Shown here in pieces: positions 25,454 to 35,821 of a DNA stretch of 62,660 bases. The stretch covers positions 1 through 62,660 of the forward strand of contig DAIQMS010000004.1 in the NCBI GenBank assembly GCA_036788815.1, written 5' to 3'. Each line of letters starts with the position of its first letter. Position 1 is the first letter of the stretch. The translations under genes and the position numbers were made by a program. Below the pieces are notes generated by a model. The model did not search any database, was not told the DNA's origin, and worked only from the letters and a program-made list of their open reading frames with translations. This stretch comes from Bacillota bacterium. GTDB taxonomy: Bacteria > Bacillota_I > Bacilli_A > RFN20 > CAG-826.

Positions 25454-27322
25454 ATGGCAAAAGAAATCATTGTCGGCATCGATCTTGGGACGACCAATTC
25501 GGTCATCTCGTATCTGCAAGCCGATGGCAAAGTCAAAGTCATTCCGAACCCGGAAGGCACCAATACGACCCCGTCGGTCGTGGCCTTTAAGGGCGATGGC
25601 GAGGAGATCGTCGGCAACGCCGCGAAGCGTCAGATGATCACCAATCCGGACACCGTCCGTTCGGCCAAGCGCCACATGGGCACTTCGGATAAGTTCCATA
25701 TTTCCTGCCTGAATAAGGATTTCACGCCGCAGGAAATCTCGGCGAAGGTCCTCGCGTATATGAAGGATTACGCCGAGAAGTCGATTGGCCAATCAGTCAA
25801 GAAAGCGGTCATCACCGTTCCGGCTTACTTCAATGACGCTCAGCGTCAGGCCACCAAGGATGCCGGCACAATCGCCGGACTCGACGTGGTCCGCATCATC
25901 AACGAACCGACCGCCAGCTGCTTGGCCTATGGCCTCGATACCAAGAAGAGCGAGAAAGTCTTGGTCTTCGATTTGGGCGGCGGCACCCTCGATGTTTCGA
26001 TTCTCGATATTGGCGATGGCACCTTCCAGGTCTTGGCGACCTCGGGCGACACCCATCTCGGCGGCGATGATTGGGATAAGGCAGTGGCCGATTGGATCCA
26101 CGCCCAAATCCAGATCGAAACCGGCGCCAATTTGACCGATAAGATGGCCCAGCAGCGTTTCATCGATGCGGCTGAAAAGGCCAAGATCGAGCTCTCTTCG
26201 AGCCTTCAGACCACGATTTCTCTGCCGTTCATCGGCACCGGAACCAACGGCCCGATCTCTTGGGAAGGCACGCTCACCCGGGCGAAATTCCAGGATCTCA
26301 CCCGCAATTTGCTCGAACGCTGCAAAGTTCCGATGGAGAAAGCCATGGCCGACGCGAAGCTCAGCTACAACGATCTCGGGGATATCCTGATGATCGGCGG
26401 CTCGATCCGTATGCCAGCCGTCCAGGATCTCGTCAAACAGGTCTCGGGCCACGCGATCAACCTCTCGGTCAACCCCGATGAGGCCGTCAGTATCGGCGCT
26501 GCGATTCAAGGCGGCGTCATCGCTGGCGAAGTCAAGGATGTCGTCCTTCTCGACGTCACCCCGCTCACCCTCGGCATTGAAACCCTTGGCGGCGTCATGA
26601 CTCCGCTCATTCCGCGCAATACGACCATCCCGACCACCAAGAGCCAGGTGTTCTCGACCGCTGAGGATAATCAGCCGGCTGTCGACATCATGGTTTACCA
26701 AGGCGAGCGGCCGATGGCGCACGATAATAAGCTCCTTGGCCATTTCACGCTCTCGGGCATCAAACCGGCGAGACGCGGCCAGCCGCGCATCGAGGTTACC
26801 TTCTCGATCGACGTGAACGGCATCGTCAAAGTCGCGGCCAAAGACCTCGATTCTGGCTTGAGCCAAGATATCACGATCAGCGGTTCGAACGGACTCTCCA
26901 AAGGCGATATTGACCGGATGGTCAAGGAAGCCGAGGAGAACAAGGAAGCCGATGAGAAGCGCAAAGGCGACATCGAAGTCAAGAACAAGGCCCAGACCTA
27001 TGTTGACGAGATCAACTCGGTTCTCAACGATCCGGCCCAATCGGGCAAGTTGACTCCTGAGCAGAAAGCCCAGCTCACTCAGCTCCGCGATGACGCCCAA
27101 GGCGCCATCCAGTCGAACAACATCGACAAGCTCCGGGAGATCGTCGGCAAACTCGAAGACGCCGCGAACCAGGCGCACGCGGGCCAGTTCCAGCAACAAG
27201 CGGGCGCCCAAGGCGCTGCCTCTTCCGATGCGGGGAATGCGTCTAACGCATCGTCCACTGAAGGCCACGAAGGCCCGGACGATGTGGTGGATGCCGACTT
27301 CACCGATAAGAAGAAAAAGTAA
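25454..27322 (+). CDS. dnaK: Chaperone DnaK
   Basis: [35 protein letters not shown]. Confidence 0.99.
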   Translation: MAKEIIVGIDLGTTNSVISYLQADGKVKVIPNPEGTNTTPSVVAFKGDGEEIVGNAAKRQMITNPDTVRSAKRHMGTSDKFHISCLNKDFTPQEISAKVLAYMKDYAEKSIGQSVKKAVITVPAYFNDAQRQATKDAGTIAGLDVVRIINEPTASCLAYGLDTKKSEKVLVFDLGGGTLDVSILDIGDGTFQVLATSGDTHLGGDDWDKAVADWIHAQIQIETGANLTDKMAQQRFIDAAEKAKIELSSSLQTTISLPFIGTGTNGPISWEGTLTRAKFQDLTRNLLERCKVPMEKAMADAKLSYNDLGDILMIGGSIRMPAVQDLVKQVSGHAINLSVNPDEAVSIGAAIQGGVIAGEVKDVVLLDVTPLTLGIETLGGVMTPLIPRNTTIPTTKSQVFSTAEDNQPAVDIMVYQGERPMAHDNKLLGHFTLSGIKPARRGQPRIEVTFSIDVNGIVKVAAKDLDSGLSQDITISGSNGLSKGDIDRMVKEAEENKEADEKRKGDIEVKNKAQTYVDEINSVLNDPAQSGKLTPEQKAQLTQLRDDAQGAIQSNNIDKLREIVGKLEDAANQAHAGQFQQQAGAQGAASSDAGNASNASSTEGHEGPDDVVDADFTDKKKK

Positions 27323-27335
27323 GCTGAACGTCAAT

Positions 27336-27363
27336 GAGGGCGGGAGCGATTCCGCCCTCTTTT
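27336..27363 (+). terminator. Hairpin/terminator between dnaK and dnaJ
   Basis: GAGGGCGGGA-GCGA-TTCCGCCCTC-TTTT. Confidence 0.75.
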
Positions 27364-27382
27364 AAGGAAAGGAGGGAACATT

Positions 27383-28522
27383 ATGGCGGAAACGAAACGG
27401 GATTTCTATGAAGTCCTGGGCGTGAGCAAGACCGCGACGAAAGACGAAATCAAAAGCGCCTATCGGAAACTGGCCAAGCAATACCACCCGGATTTGAACA
27501 AATCCCCGGATGCCCCGAAGAAATTCGAGGAGATCCAGGAAGCCTATGATGTCCTCTACGACGACAATAAACGCAAACAATACGACCAGTTCGGCATGGC
27601 AGCCTTCGAACAAGGCGCCTCGACCGGCGGCGCCGGGAACCCCTTCGCTGGGGGCGATTTCTCAGGCCAAGGCTTTGGCGATGTCGATCTCAATGATATT
27701 TTCCAGAGCTTCTTCGGCGGGGGCGGCGGTCAGCGCCGCGCCCGGAACGATGGCTCGCCTCGCAAAGGCGAGGATACGTTTTTCCGGGTCAAGATCGATT
27801 TCATGGATGCCATCAATGGCCGCCATGTGACGATCCCTCTTACCTACGATGAACCCTGCTCCAATTGCCATGGAACCGGCGCCGACAGTCCGAATGATGT
27901 CGACGTTTGCCCCGATTGCGGGGGTTCGGGTTATGTCCGTCAGCGTCAGCAGACAATCTTCGGCGTCATGGAGAGCACTGGGCCGTGCCCGCGCTGCCAT
28001 GGGACCGGCAAAATCGTCCGGAATCGCTGCCATGTCTGCGGCGGAAGCGGCTACAACCGGGTCCACAAGGATCTCGATGTCAACATTCCCGCCGGCATTG
28101 CCTCGGGTCAGCAGATCCGGGTATCTGGCAAAGGACAGCGCGGCACGAATGGCGGACCGAATGGCGATCTTTATGTCGAAGTCCAGGTTCAGCCGCATGA
28201 GACCTTCAAGCGCGAGGGGAACGACATTCACATCGATGTTCCGCTCAGCTTCGTCGATTGCGCGTTGGGCGTGACGATTGACGTTCCGACCGTCTATGGC
28301 GACGTGAGCGTCGAGATCCCCGAAGGCACCCAGCCCGAGGGCATCCTCAAGCTCCGCGGCAAAGGCGTGAAGGATCTTCGGACTGGCCGTCCGGGCGATG
28401 AATACCTCCATATCAAGGTGAAGACTCCGACGAATCTCACCAAGAGCGAGAAGGATCTCCTCGACGAATTCCGGAAGCAAGAAGACGCCAAGTGGTGGCA
28501 CAATCCGTTCAAACGGAGTTAA
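27383..28522 (+). CDS. dnaJ: Chaperone DnaJ
   Basis: J-domain HPD, G/F-rich region, four CxxCxGxG repeats. Confidence 0.98.
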   Translation: MAETKRDFYEVLGVSKTATKDEIKSAYRKLAKQYHPDLNKSPDAPKKFEEIQEAYDVLYDDNKRKQYDQFGMAAFEQGASTGGAGNPFAGGDFSGQGFGDVDLNDIFQSFFGGGGGQRRARNDGSPRKGEDTFFRVKIDFMDAINGRHVTIPLTYDEPCSNCHGTGADSPNDVDVCPDCGGSGYVRQRQQTIFGVMESTGPCPRCHGTGKIVRNRCHVCGGSGYNRVHKDLDVNIPAGIASGQQIRVSGKGQRGTNGGPNGDLYVEVQVQPHETFKREGNDIHIDVPLSFVDCALGVTIDVPTVYGDVSVEIPEGTQPEGILKLRGKGVKDLRTGRPGDEYLHIKVKTPTNLTKSEKDLLDEFRKQEDAKWWHNPFKRS

Positions 28523-28525
28523 AGG

Positions 28526-28556
28526 AAGACGGGACGAAAACCCGTCTTTTCTTTTT
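28526..28556 (+). terminator. Intrinsic terminator after dnaJ
   Basis: AAGACGGG-ACGAAAA-CCCGTCTT followed by TTCTTTTT. Confidence 0.8.
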
Positions 28557-28615
28557 GGTTAATTCCTTCAATAAGGGGCGTAAAATAAAAAAGATAAGGG
28601 GCCAAGAATCGAGCA

Positions 28616-29080
28616 ATGAAGTATCAAGACTATATGGCTTTGGCCATCAAAGAAGCCCAAAAGGGCATTGAATCGGGCGAAGGCGGTCCTTTCGGGGCGG
28701 TGATTGTGAAGGATGGGGCCATTATCGGAATGGGTCATAACGAAGTCATCAAAGAAAAAGACCCGACGTGCCATGGCGAGATCATGGCGATTCATGCCGC
28801 CTGCAAAAAGCTCGGGACATTCGATCTTTCAGGATCGATCATCTTTACGACGGGCTATCCCTGTCCGATGTGCCTCGGGGCGATTCTCTGGGCCAATATC
28901 GAGACGGTTTATTATGGCTGCAATCTTGAAGATACCGCGACCCTTGGCTTCCGCGATTCGGCCTTCTATGAAAAAAGCCAAGGAACGGGGGCGAAAAGCT
29001 TCCTCCACGAGCTTTCGCGGGCGGATTGTCTCAAGCTTTATGACGAGTATCGTTCATTGACCGATAAAAAAGCGTATTGA
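28616..29080 (+). CDS. Zn-dependent nucleoside/nucleobase deaminase, GuaD (guanine deaminase)-like
   Basis: GGPFGAVIV, DPTCHGE, PCPMCLGAILWANI. Confidence 0.82.
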   Translation: MKYQDYMALAIKEAQKGIESGEGGPFGAVIVKDGAIIGMGHNEVIKEKDPTCHGEIMAIHAACKKLGTFDLSGSIIFTTGYPCPMCLGAILWANIETVYYGCNLEDTATLGFRDSAFYEKSQGTGAKSFLHELSRADCLKLYDEYRSLTDKKAY

Positions 29081-29133
29081 AAGCGGTTTTGCCGTCTAGC
29101 GTTTTTCGGAAGAAGGTATACACTAAAGACGTT

Positions 29134-29577
29134 ATGCCACAGTGCAAAAATTGCCATCGTGAAATCACGAAATTCGATAATGATGTCTGCCCTTATTGCG
29201 GAACCGTCCATCCGATTGACGAGAACTACAAGACGAAGGACATGACTCAATTTGTCGACCCCGTCAGCGGAAATTATCAGCTTTATAAGAGCAAGACGAA
29301 GAAAACCGCCGCGCTTTTGGCCATCTTCTTGGGCTGGACCGGCGCCCATTTCTTCTACCTTGGCTTCAAGAAAAAAGGCCTTTATGCGATCTTGGCCACC
29401 ATGGCGATCATCGGAGGGGTGGGGAGTTTGCTTTTTTTCACGGTCTCCGAGATGCGGAACTTCGGACTCGGCTATCTTTTGGCTTTCCTTTTTGCCTGGA
29501 TCATCTATCCGCCGATGGCGGTTCGTTACGTCAAGAGCGATACCTACAAAGACGCCAATGGCGAATTCCTGAGATAA
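29134..29577 (+). CDS. Zinc-ribbon + TM2-domain membrane protein
   Basis: CKNC...CPYCG; KTKKTAALLAIFLGWTGAHFFYLG. Confidence 0.82.
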   Translation: MPQCKNCHREITKFDNDVCPYCGTVHPIDENYKTKDMTQFVDPVSGNYQLYKSKTKKTAALLAIFLGWTGAHFFYLGFKKKGLYAILATMAIIGGVGSLLFFTVSEMRNFGLGYLLAFLFAWIIYPPMAVRYVKSDTYKDANGEFLR

Positions 29578-29589
29578 AGGGGCGATCTG

Positions 29590-30327
29590 ATGCAGCGCTA
29601 TTTTGGACGAGTGGGAAATGGCGAGGCTTTTTTAAGTGAGGGCGACGTCCATCATCTTTTGGACGTGATGCGCTCCAAAGTCGGCGAAGCGATTGAAATC
29701 GTCGATGAAGGCGAGCTTTATGATGCGGTCGTTTCTTCGACGAATCCGCTTAAAATCACAATCAAAGGCCTAAAGAAACGGGAGACGGAACTCCAAGCGA
29801 AGTTGCTCTTATCCTTTTCCCTCCTCAAACACGGGAACGATGATTTGGTTTTCGAGAAGGGGACCGAGCTCGGCGTGAGCGATTTCTATCCTTTCATCTC
29901 TTCGCGCACCATCATCCGGGTGGATTCCGAGGAAGATAAAGCAAAAAAACTCCTCCGTGAAGAAAAGATCGTGAAAGGGGCCGCCGAGCAATCGAAGCGC
30001 GAACGGGTTCCCTCGGTGCATCCCTTGCTGGATTATTCGGCGTTATTGGACGTTTCCGCCGATCTTAAACTTTTTGCCTACGAGAACGAGAGCGACGATG
30101 TCGCCTCGCTTCCCGAAGCCTTCAAGGCTCTCCCCGAAAAAGGGAGCTGCCTCATCGTGATCGGCCCCGAAGGGGGCTTTTCGCCCGAGGAAGCCCAAGA
30201 AGCGAAAGCAAAAGGCTTCCGTTTTGTCTCGCTCGGGAAGCGGATTCTTCGGGCCGAGACGGCTGCCCTTTATGCCGCGAGCGTCTTTTCCTACGCCACC
30301 GAAAGCGAAGGAGGGCAAAGAAAATGA
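29590..30327 (+). CDS. rsmE: 16S rRNA m3U1498 methyltransferase
   Basis: KGTELGVS, GAAEQSKR, IGPEGGFS, LGKRILRAETA. Confidence 0.95.
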   Translation: MQRYFGRVGNGEAFLSEGDVHHLLDVMRSKVGEAIEIVDEGELYDAVVSSTNPLKITIKGLKKRETELQAKLLLSFSLLKHGNDDLVFEKGTELGVSDFYPFISSRTIIRVDSEEDKAKKLLREEKIVKGAAEQSKRERVPSVHPLLDYSALLDVSADLKLFAYENESDDVASLPEAFKALPEKGSCLIVIGPEGGFSPEEAQEAKAKGFRFVSLGKRILRAETAALYAASVFSYATESEGGQRK

Positions 30328-31124
30328 CCCTCTACGAAGAACTCGAATCCCACCAACGGACCACGCCCTTTTCGACCTCCAGCGAGGCCACGTTCTATAA
30401 CGAGAACGCCTTTCTCCTCTCCGGGGTAGAGCAATGGGCGATGTTCTTAAAGCCGCTCGACCCGTTTCTCACGATCCGGGCGAACATCCTGATCCGGGGT
30501 CTCCTCAATAAGGAACGGATCGAAAAACTCTATCTTGCCAAAACCAAGGAGGCCGATTTTCCGAAAGAGGAACGGCTTTCCCTCAAAGAATACATGGCTT
30601 CGGGCATGAGTAATCTTCCCTATCTGCTTTATGAAGGAGAGAAGATCTACGTCCCGTTTTTCCCGACTTCGCTCAACGCGCTTTATGCGAAGGATTGGGC
30701 GAAATTAGCCCAATCGCCCTATGAAAGACTGGTCCGCGAATACCAGGCGGCGACAGTTGATTGCTTCGATTATTATGGCTATGCCCTCTTTGATTCCTAC
30801 TTCACCAAATTGGTGCCGATTCGGAAGAGCCCGAAGGTCATGGCGGCTTACGATTACGACGCTGAAGCCCTCTATTTCATCAACGACGAAGGCCGGCTCG
30901 ACGCCAAGATCTGCCTCTTTGACCGCGAGATCAAATCCCCGGTCAAAACCCACATGGTCAAGCGGATCGAGAAAGTGGCCGATGCGTATTTCGAGAACGA
31001 TCGGAATGCGCTGATTCGCTCCCTCGTCGAAGGCAATCTCATCTCCTCGAGCCTGATGCACGAATTGGCAGGCAAGGAAATCAAAGTGCAGGAACGACGC
31101 GAGAAAACGGGGGAGAAAGAATGA
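30324..31124 (+). CDS. Hypothetical protein
   Basis: 266-aa ORF coupled by ATGA overlaps to rsmE and mtaB, with SD GGAGG; no family recognised. Confidence 0.75.
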   Translation: MTLYEELESHQRTTPFSTSSEATFYNENAFLLSGVEQWAMFLKPLDPFLTIRANILIRGLLNKERIEKLYLAKTKEADFPKEERLSLKEYMASGMSNLPYLLYEGEKIYVPFFPTSLNALYAKDWAKLAQSPYERLVREYQAATVDCFDYYGYALFDSYFTKLVPIRKSPKVMAAYDYDAEALYFINDEGRLDAKICLFDREIKSPVKTHMVKRIEKVADAYFENDRNALIRSLVEGNLISSSLMHELAGKEIKVQERREKTGEKE

Positions 31125-32401
31125 AGTTCTTCCTCTTTTCCTTAGGCTGCAAAGTCAATTCCTACGAGCTTGACACCCTCCGCAACGCCCTTGAGAAAGC
31201 GGGGCATAAGGAGGTCTTTTCCGCAGTAGAAGCCGACCTCATCATTGTCAATACCTGCTCCGTCACAGCCACAGCCGACCAGAAATCCCGCCAACACATC
31301 CGGAAGTTCCGCCGCCTCGCGCCGGACGCGATCCTTTCGGTCATGGGTTGCTATAGCGAGCTTCACGCTCAAGAAACCCTTGCGATGGGGGCCGATATCG
31401 TCCTCGGGACCAGCAAGCGGAGCGTGCTCCTTAAGGATGTCGAACGTTTCAAAAGCGACCACCAAAAGATCGTCGACGTGAAAAAAGACGTCCGGCACGA
31501 GACCTATGAAGAGATGGGCCAGATGGCTCTTGCCGATAACGCCCGGGCCTATCTCAAAGTCCAGGATGGCTGCGATAATTTCTGCGCCTATTGTTTGATC
31601 CCTCGGATTCGGGGCAATTCCCGCTCAAGAGAAAAGGAAGACACCCTCCGCGAGGCCAAGCGCCTCGTCGAGAATGGTTATAAGGAAATCGTGATCGCCG
31701 GGATCCATATCGGCGCGTATGGGAAAGAAATCAATGATGGCACCTATCGTCTAGGCGATCTCCTCCGCGACATGCTGACGCTCTGCCCTGAGCTCCCGCG
31801 CTTAAGGATTTCGTCCATCGAAGAGAGCGAGATCGATGAGAAGATGCTTTCCTTGCTCCGGGATTTCCCACAGGTGGTGGATCATCTTCACATCCCGCTT
31901 CAATCGGGCTCCTCGAGCGTTCTCAAACGGATGAAACGGCGTTACGACACCGCGAGTTTCTTAACGAAACTCGAAGCGATCCGCGCGATCCGGCCGGATA
32001 TCGCGATCACGACAGACGTCATCGTCGGTTTTCCCGAAGAGAGCGATGAGGAGTGGAAGGAAACGATGGCCTTCTGCGAAAAGGCTCGCTTCGCCGAGAT
32101 CCACGTTTTCCCGTTCTCTCCGCGCGAGGGGACTTTCGCCGCGACTTTGCCCGATACGCCCGCCCCGATCAAAGAGGCTCGGGTCCAGGAACTCTTGGCC
32201 CTTTCAAAGCGGCTTCGGACGGAGTACGAAGAGCGATTCTATGGAAAGAAGCTGCCCATCCTTTTTGAGGATTTCGATCCGAAGAGCGGATTTGCCTATG
32301 GCCATAGCGGCAATTACCTGCTCGTCAAAATCCCGTCAACGAAACCGCTCCATGGCGAAATCCGCGACGTCGTCTATAGCCCTTCGACCCAAGCCGATTG
32401 A
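31121..32401 (+). CDS. mtaB: tRNA methylthiotransferase MtaB
   Basis: LGCKVNSYE, NTCSVT, KVQDGCDNFCAYCLIP, TDVIVGFP, HVFPFSPREGT. Confidence 0.94.
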   Translation: MKFFLFSLGCKVNSYELDTLRNALEKAGHKEVFSAVEADLIIVNTCSVTATADQKSRQHIRKFRRLAPDAILSVMGCYSELHAQETLAMGADIVLGTSKRSVLLKDVERFKSDHQKIVDVKKDVRHETYEEMGQMALADNARAYLKVQDGCDNFCAYCLIPRIRGNSRSREKEDTLREAKRLVENGYKEIVIAGIHIGAYGKEINDGTYRLGDLLRDMLTLCPELPRLRISSIEESEIDEKMLSLLRDFPQVVDHLHIPLQSGSSSVLKRMKRRYDTASFLTKLEAIRAIRPDIAITTDVIVGFPEESDEEWKETMAFCEKARFAEIHVFPFSPREGTFAATLPDTPAPIKEARVQELLALSKRLRTEYEERFYGKKLPILFEDFDPKSGFAYGHSGNYLLVKIPSTKPLHGEIRDVVYSPSTQAD

Positions 32402-32485
32402 TTCTTTTTGCTCTTTTCAGTCGGTGGCCGACATAATTAACAATCGAATCTTTTAGCGATTCTTTTGACATTGTATAAAGATTGA

Positions 32486-32513
32486 TTGACTCCTAGCCGA
32501 TACCCCCTATAAT
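32486..32513 (+). promoter_or_regulatory. SigA promoter of rpmF
   Basis: TTGACT-16 nt-TATAAT. Confidence 0.7.
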
Positions 32514-32540
32514 TAACCCCGTTGAAAAGAGGAAAAAACA

Positions 32541-32735
32541 ATGGCAGTCCCGTTTAGAAGAACATCGAAAACCGCGAAAAGGTTACGGCGCACTCACTTC
32601 AAGCTCGAAGTGACTGGGCTTGTCGCTTGCCCGCATTGCGGCGCTATGGTTCCGGCCCATCACGTTTGCCCGGAATGTGGCTACTATGATGGCAAGGAAA
32701 TCATCCATCACGCCACGAAAAAGGAAGAGAAGTAG
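32541..32735 (+). CDS. rpmF: 50S ribosomal protein L32 (Zn-ribbon type)
   Basis: [17 protein letters not shown]...CPHCG...[10 protein letters not shown]. Confidence 0.97.
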   Translation: MAVPFRRTSKTAKRLRRTHFKLEVTGLVACPHCGAMVPAHHVCPECGYYDGKEIIHHATKKEEK

Positions 32736-32752
32736 TCTTCTTTGATCCTTGA

Positions 32753-32776
32753 GAAGCCCCTTCGGGGGCTTTTTTC
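32753..32776 (+). terminator. Intrinsic terminator after rpmF
   Basis: AAGCCCC-TTCG-GGGGCTT-TTTT. Confidence 0.85.
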
Positions 32777-32842
32777 GTCCTTCGCCTCTATCAAAGCGAA
32801 GGAAACTAGCATAAGATAAAACCATAAAAAGAAGGTTTCAGC

Positions 32843-33487
32843 ATGAACTACAACAAATTCTTCGACCACACTTGTCTCAAAGCCGATGCCACCCTCGACG
32901 ACATCACCAAGCTTTGCGCCGAAGCGAAGCAATATGATTTCATGAGCGTCTGCGTTAATCCTTTCTACGTTCCGGTCGCCAAGAAGCTTTTGGCGGGAAC
33001 CGACGTGAAAGTCTGCACCGTCATTGGCTTCCCGTTAGGGCAGATGACCCCGGCCTCGAAAGTCGCCGAAGCCAAGAACGCCGTCAAGATGGGCGCCGAT
33101 GAAGTCGATATGGTCCAGAACATCGCGATGGCGAAGGAACACAACTTCGGTTTCATCGAGAAAGAAGTTGCTCTCATCAAGAAAGCGGTGGGCAATCACG
33201 TTTTGAAGGTCATTCTCGAGAATTGCTATCTCAATAAAGACGAGATCAAAGAGTCGTGCCTCGCCGCCAAAAAAGGCGGAGCGGACTTCGTGAAGACCTC
33301 GACGGGATTCGGCACCGGCGGCGCGACCGCCGAAGATGTTGCCCTCATGCGCGAGACCGTCGGTCCCGCGATGGGCGTGAAAGCCGCAGGCGGCATCCAC
33401 AACAAAGCCCAGATGCTCGAGCTTCTCTCGGCCGGAGCCAACCGGATTGGCTGCTCCCACTCCGTGGAGATCATGAACGAGAAATAA
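32843..33487 (+). CDS. deoC: Deoxyribose-phosphate aldolase
   Basis: DHTCLK, VCTVIGFPLG, GADEVDMV, FVKTSTGF, VKAAGGI. Confidence 0.96.
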   Translation: MNYNKFFDHTCLKADATLDDITKLCAEAKQYDFMSVCVNPFYVPVAKKLLAGTDVKVCTVIGFPLGQMTPASKVAEAKNAVKMGADEVDMVQNIAMAKEHNFGFIEKEVALIKKAVGNHVLKVILENCYLNKDEIKESCLAAKKGGADFVKTSTGFGTGGATAEDVALMRETVGPAMGVKAAGGIHNKAQMLELLSAGANRIGCSHSVEIMNEK

Positions 33488-33491
33488 AAGG

Positions 33492-34496
33492 ATGAAAGTC
33501 CTGATCTATTTCGAAGACGAGAATGCGATTAAGACGTCCGGGATCGGCCGGGCGATGCGCCATCAAATGGAAGCCTGCACTTTGGCGGGCATCCCTTTCA
33601 CGACGAATCCGAAGGATTCTTTCGACATCGCCCATATCAATACGATCTGGGCCAAAAGCAAACGGCTTTTGAAGCGCTGCAAGAAAGCGGGCATCCCGGT
33701 CATCGTCCATGGCCATTCGACCTACGAGGATTTCCGCCGTTCGTTCAAATGCTGGCAATTGGCCGAGCCTTTTTTCGACCATCAATTGACCTCGATGTAT
33801 TCGAAGGCTGACCTTATCATCACCCCGACGCCTTACTCGAAGGGGCTGATTGATTCCTACCATATCGCCAAGAAAGTCATCGCCATCTCCAATGGCATCG
33901 ACCTCAAGGAATACGCGCCGAACCCCGAGGCCCAGAAGGCTTTCCGGGAGAAGTTCTCCCTTAAGGAAGGCGAGAAGTTCGTGATGGGGGTGGGTTTCCC
34001 CTTCGAAAGGAAAGGCATCCAAGATTTCTTCGATGTCGCCCGGGCTTTTCCGGAGATCAAGTTCATTTGGTTCGGCCATCTTTCGGGCTGGCTCACCAAC
34101 GATAAAGTCAAACGTTGGATCCGGAAACGGCCAGCGAATGCGATCATGGCCGGCTATTGCAAGGGCGAGTTGATCCATGGCGCCTTCCAGACCGCGAGCG
34201 CCCTCTTCTTCCCGTCTTACGAGGAGACCGAAGGCATCGTCGTCTTGGAGGCTTTGGCCTCAAAATGCCCTTTGGTGGTCCGCGATGTCGGAGTCTATGA
34301 GCCTTGGTTAACCGATGGCGTGAACTGCCATAAAGGCAAGACCAACGCCGATTTCGAGAGGATTCTCAAAGGCCTCTTCGAAAAAGGCGAGGATCCGAAG
34401 ATCCTCGAGTCAGGATACGAAGTCGCCGCTCAGCGTTCCCTCGACCACGTCGGGGAAGAGCTCAAAGAAGCCTATTCGTCTTTGCTTCAAAAGTAA
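33492..34496 (+). CDS. GT4 glycosyltransferase (glycolipid synthesis CpoA-like, by inference)
   Basis: SGIGRA, VIVHGHST, ISNGIDL, FPSYEETEGIVVLEALAS. Confidence 0.85.
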   Translation: MKVLIYFEDENAIKTSGIGRAMRHQMEACTLAGIPFTTNPKDSFDIAHINTIWAKSKRLLKRCKKAGIPVIVHGHSTYEDFRRSFKCWQLAEPFFDHQLTSMYSKADLIITPTPYSKGLIDSYHIAKKVIAISNGIDLKEYAPNPEAQKAFREKFSLKEGEKFVMGVGFPFERKGIQDFFDVARAFPEIKFIWFGHLSGWLTNDKVKRWIRKRPANAIMAGYCKGELIHGAFQTASALFFPSYEETEGIVVLEALASKCPLVVRDVGVYEPWLTDGVNCHKGKTNADFERILKGLFEKGEDPKILESGYEVAAQRSLDHVGEELKEAYSSLLQK

Positions 34497-35443
34497 AAAG
34501 CTTTCGAAGCGTCATCGCTGAAGAAGGACCCCTCCGCAACGAGGGGTTTTTTCATGGTTTTGAGGAGCTTCCAATCTTTCTTGAGCTCCGCGAAATAAGC
34601 AGGAGCTGCCCCGGCTTTTTTATCCAAGCGTTTATCGAAGGAAAGCGACATCGCCATCCGAGGGAGTTTGGCTTGGAAAGCCTTGAGGCCTTCTTCGTTG
34701 GCCGTCTTCTCGAGGAAATAGCGTTCGAGGGCGAAAACGACGAGGTGGCGGAAGGCCCGATTGGTCCGTTTCACCGTCATGGCACTATTGGCGTTGGTCT
34801 TATCATAGTAATAAAGAGGTTTCCGCAACGAGACGACTTTGGAGCAATAGGAGAGCAAGGCGCAATTGAGAGCCACGTCTTCGAATTGCATATCTAGTGG
34901 CGCCCCCAAAACGAGGAGCGGCCGTTTCTTCGTGAGTTCGGTTTTATAAAGTTTGGTCCAGCAAAAGCCGCGGATAAAAGAATCATCGAAATAGGCTTTA
35001 AGGATATTTTTCTTCGATAAGGTGGCGTTTTTTGAGAAGGGATAGTAGTGGGCTTTCGCCTTTTTGCCGCTCACGTAATAAAAAGAGCAGTTCACGCAAT
35101 CAGCGTTACTCTCGCGGGCGGTTTTTAGAAGCGTCTCCAAGGCCTCAGGCGCCAAGACGTCATCTGCGTCCATGAAGTAAAAATAGGGCGAGGTGGCCTT
35201 CTCAATCCCCCTGATCCTCGAAAGGCCGATGCCCATCCGTTTCTCGGGCGCGTCGATGACAAGGCTCGGAAAACGTTTCTGAAAGCTCTCAGCGATTGCT
35301 AAGGAATCATCTTTCGATGGATCAATCTCCAAGATGACTTCGATCGGCTCTTTCAGGGTTTGCTTCTCCAAAAGCGAGCTCAAAGAGCGCGCTAAATAGG
35401 CGCTGGAATTGTAGACCGGCATGATCACGCTGAGGCTTGCCAT
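34487..35443 (-). CDS. GT2 glycosyltransferase
   Basis: SVIMPVYNS, FMDADD, WTKLYK, FED. Start placed at the ATG at 35443. Confidence 0.88.
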   Translation of the reverse strand: MASLSVIMPVYNSSAYLARSLSSLLEKQTLKEPIEVILEIDPSKDDSLAIAESFQKRFPSLVIDAPEKRMGIGLSRIRGIEKATSPYFYFMDADDVLAPEALETLLKTARESNADCVNCSFYYVSGKKAKAHYYPFSKNATLSKKNILKAYFDDSFIRGFCWTKLYKTELTKKRPLLVLGAPLDMQFEDVALNCALLSYCSKVVSLRKPLYYYDKTNANSAMTVKRTNRAFRHLVVFALERYFLEKTANEEGLKAFQAKLPRMAMSLSFDKRLDKKAGAAPAYFAELKKDWKLLKTMKKPLVAEGSFFSDDASKAFYF

Positions 35444-35560
35444 GCTGGGATTATAGCATCGCAAATGCGGAAAAAGCATCTTTCCTACGGAATCATCTTG
35501 CAAAAACTCTCTCGCGCGATAGAATTAACACGCTGAAAAGTGGGAAGAAGGTGAGTTCCA

Positions 35561-35737
35561 ATGGCTGTCAAAACTGTGCTTCATGAGGGCGAATCCCTTG
35601 ATGATGCGATGCGTCGGTTCAAACGTTCGGTCAATAAGAGCGGCGTCCTTCTCGAATCCCGCAAAAGAGAGTGCTACTACAAGACGAACTTGAAGCGGAA
35701 GATGAAATCCGAAGCTGCACGTCGTAAAAAGTGGTAA
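35561..35737 (+). CDS. rpsU: 30S ribosomal protein S21 (not in the ORF track)
   Basis: Read by hand: [58 protein letters not shown]. Confidence 0.95.
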   Translation: MAVKTVLHEGESLDDAMRRFKRSVNKSGVLLESRKRECYYKTNLKRKMKSEAARRKKW

Positions 35738-35751
35738 AAATTTGATTCGAT

Positions 35752-35783
35752 AAATCCTGAGGAAACTCAGGATTTTTTATTTT
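35752..35783 (+). terminator. Intrinsic terminator after rpsU
   Basis: AAATCCTGAG-GAAA-CTCAGGATTT followed by TTTATTTT. Confidence 0.88.
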
Positions 35784-35784
35784 G

Positions 35785-35820
35785 TGGGGCACAAAACGAC
35801 TTTTCTTGTCTATAGATATG
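35785..35820 (+). promoter_or_regulatory. Conserved upstream motif, copy 2, upstream of the C39 peptidase gene
   Basis: TGGGGCAC-aaaacgac-TTTTCTTG-t-CTATAGATATG; matches 6756-6791. Confidence 0.7.
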
Positions 35821-35821
35821 T

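Noticed and set aside
25793-27334. 513-aa antisense ORF over dnaK, and similar long shadow ORFs over parC (56397-57776), lepA, the helicase and glyQS
   Set aside because: They lie exactly opposite well-conserved genes, have no recognisable motifs or SD, and are the expected by-product of biased codon usage leaving the antisense frame stop-poor.
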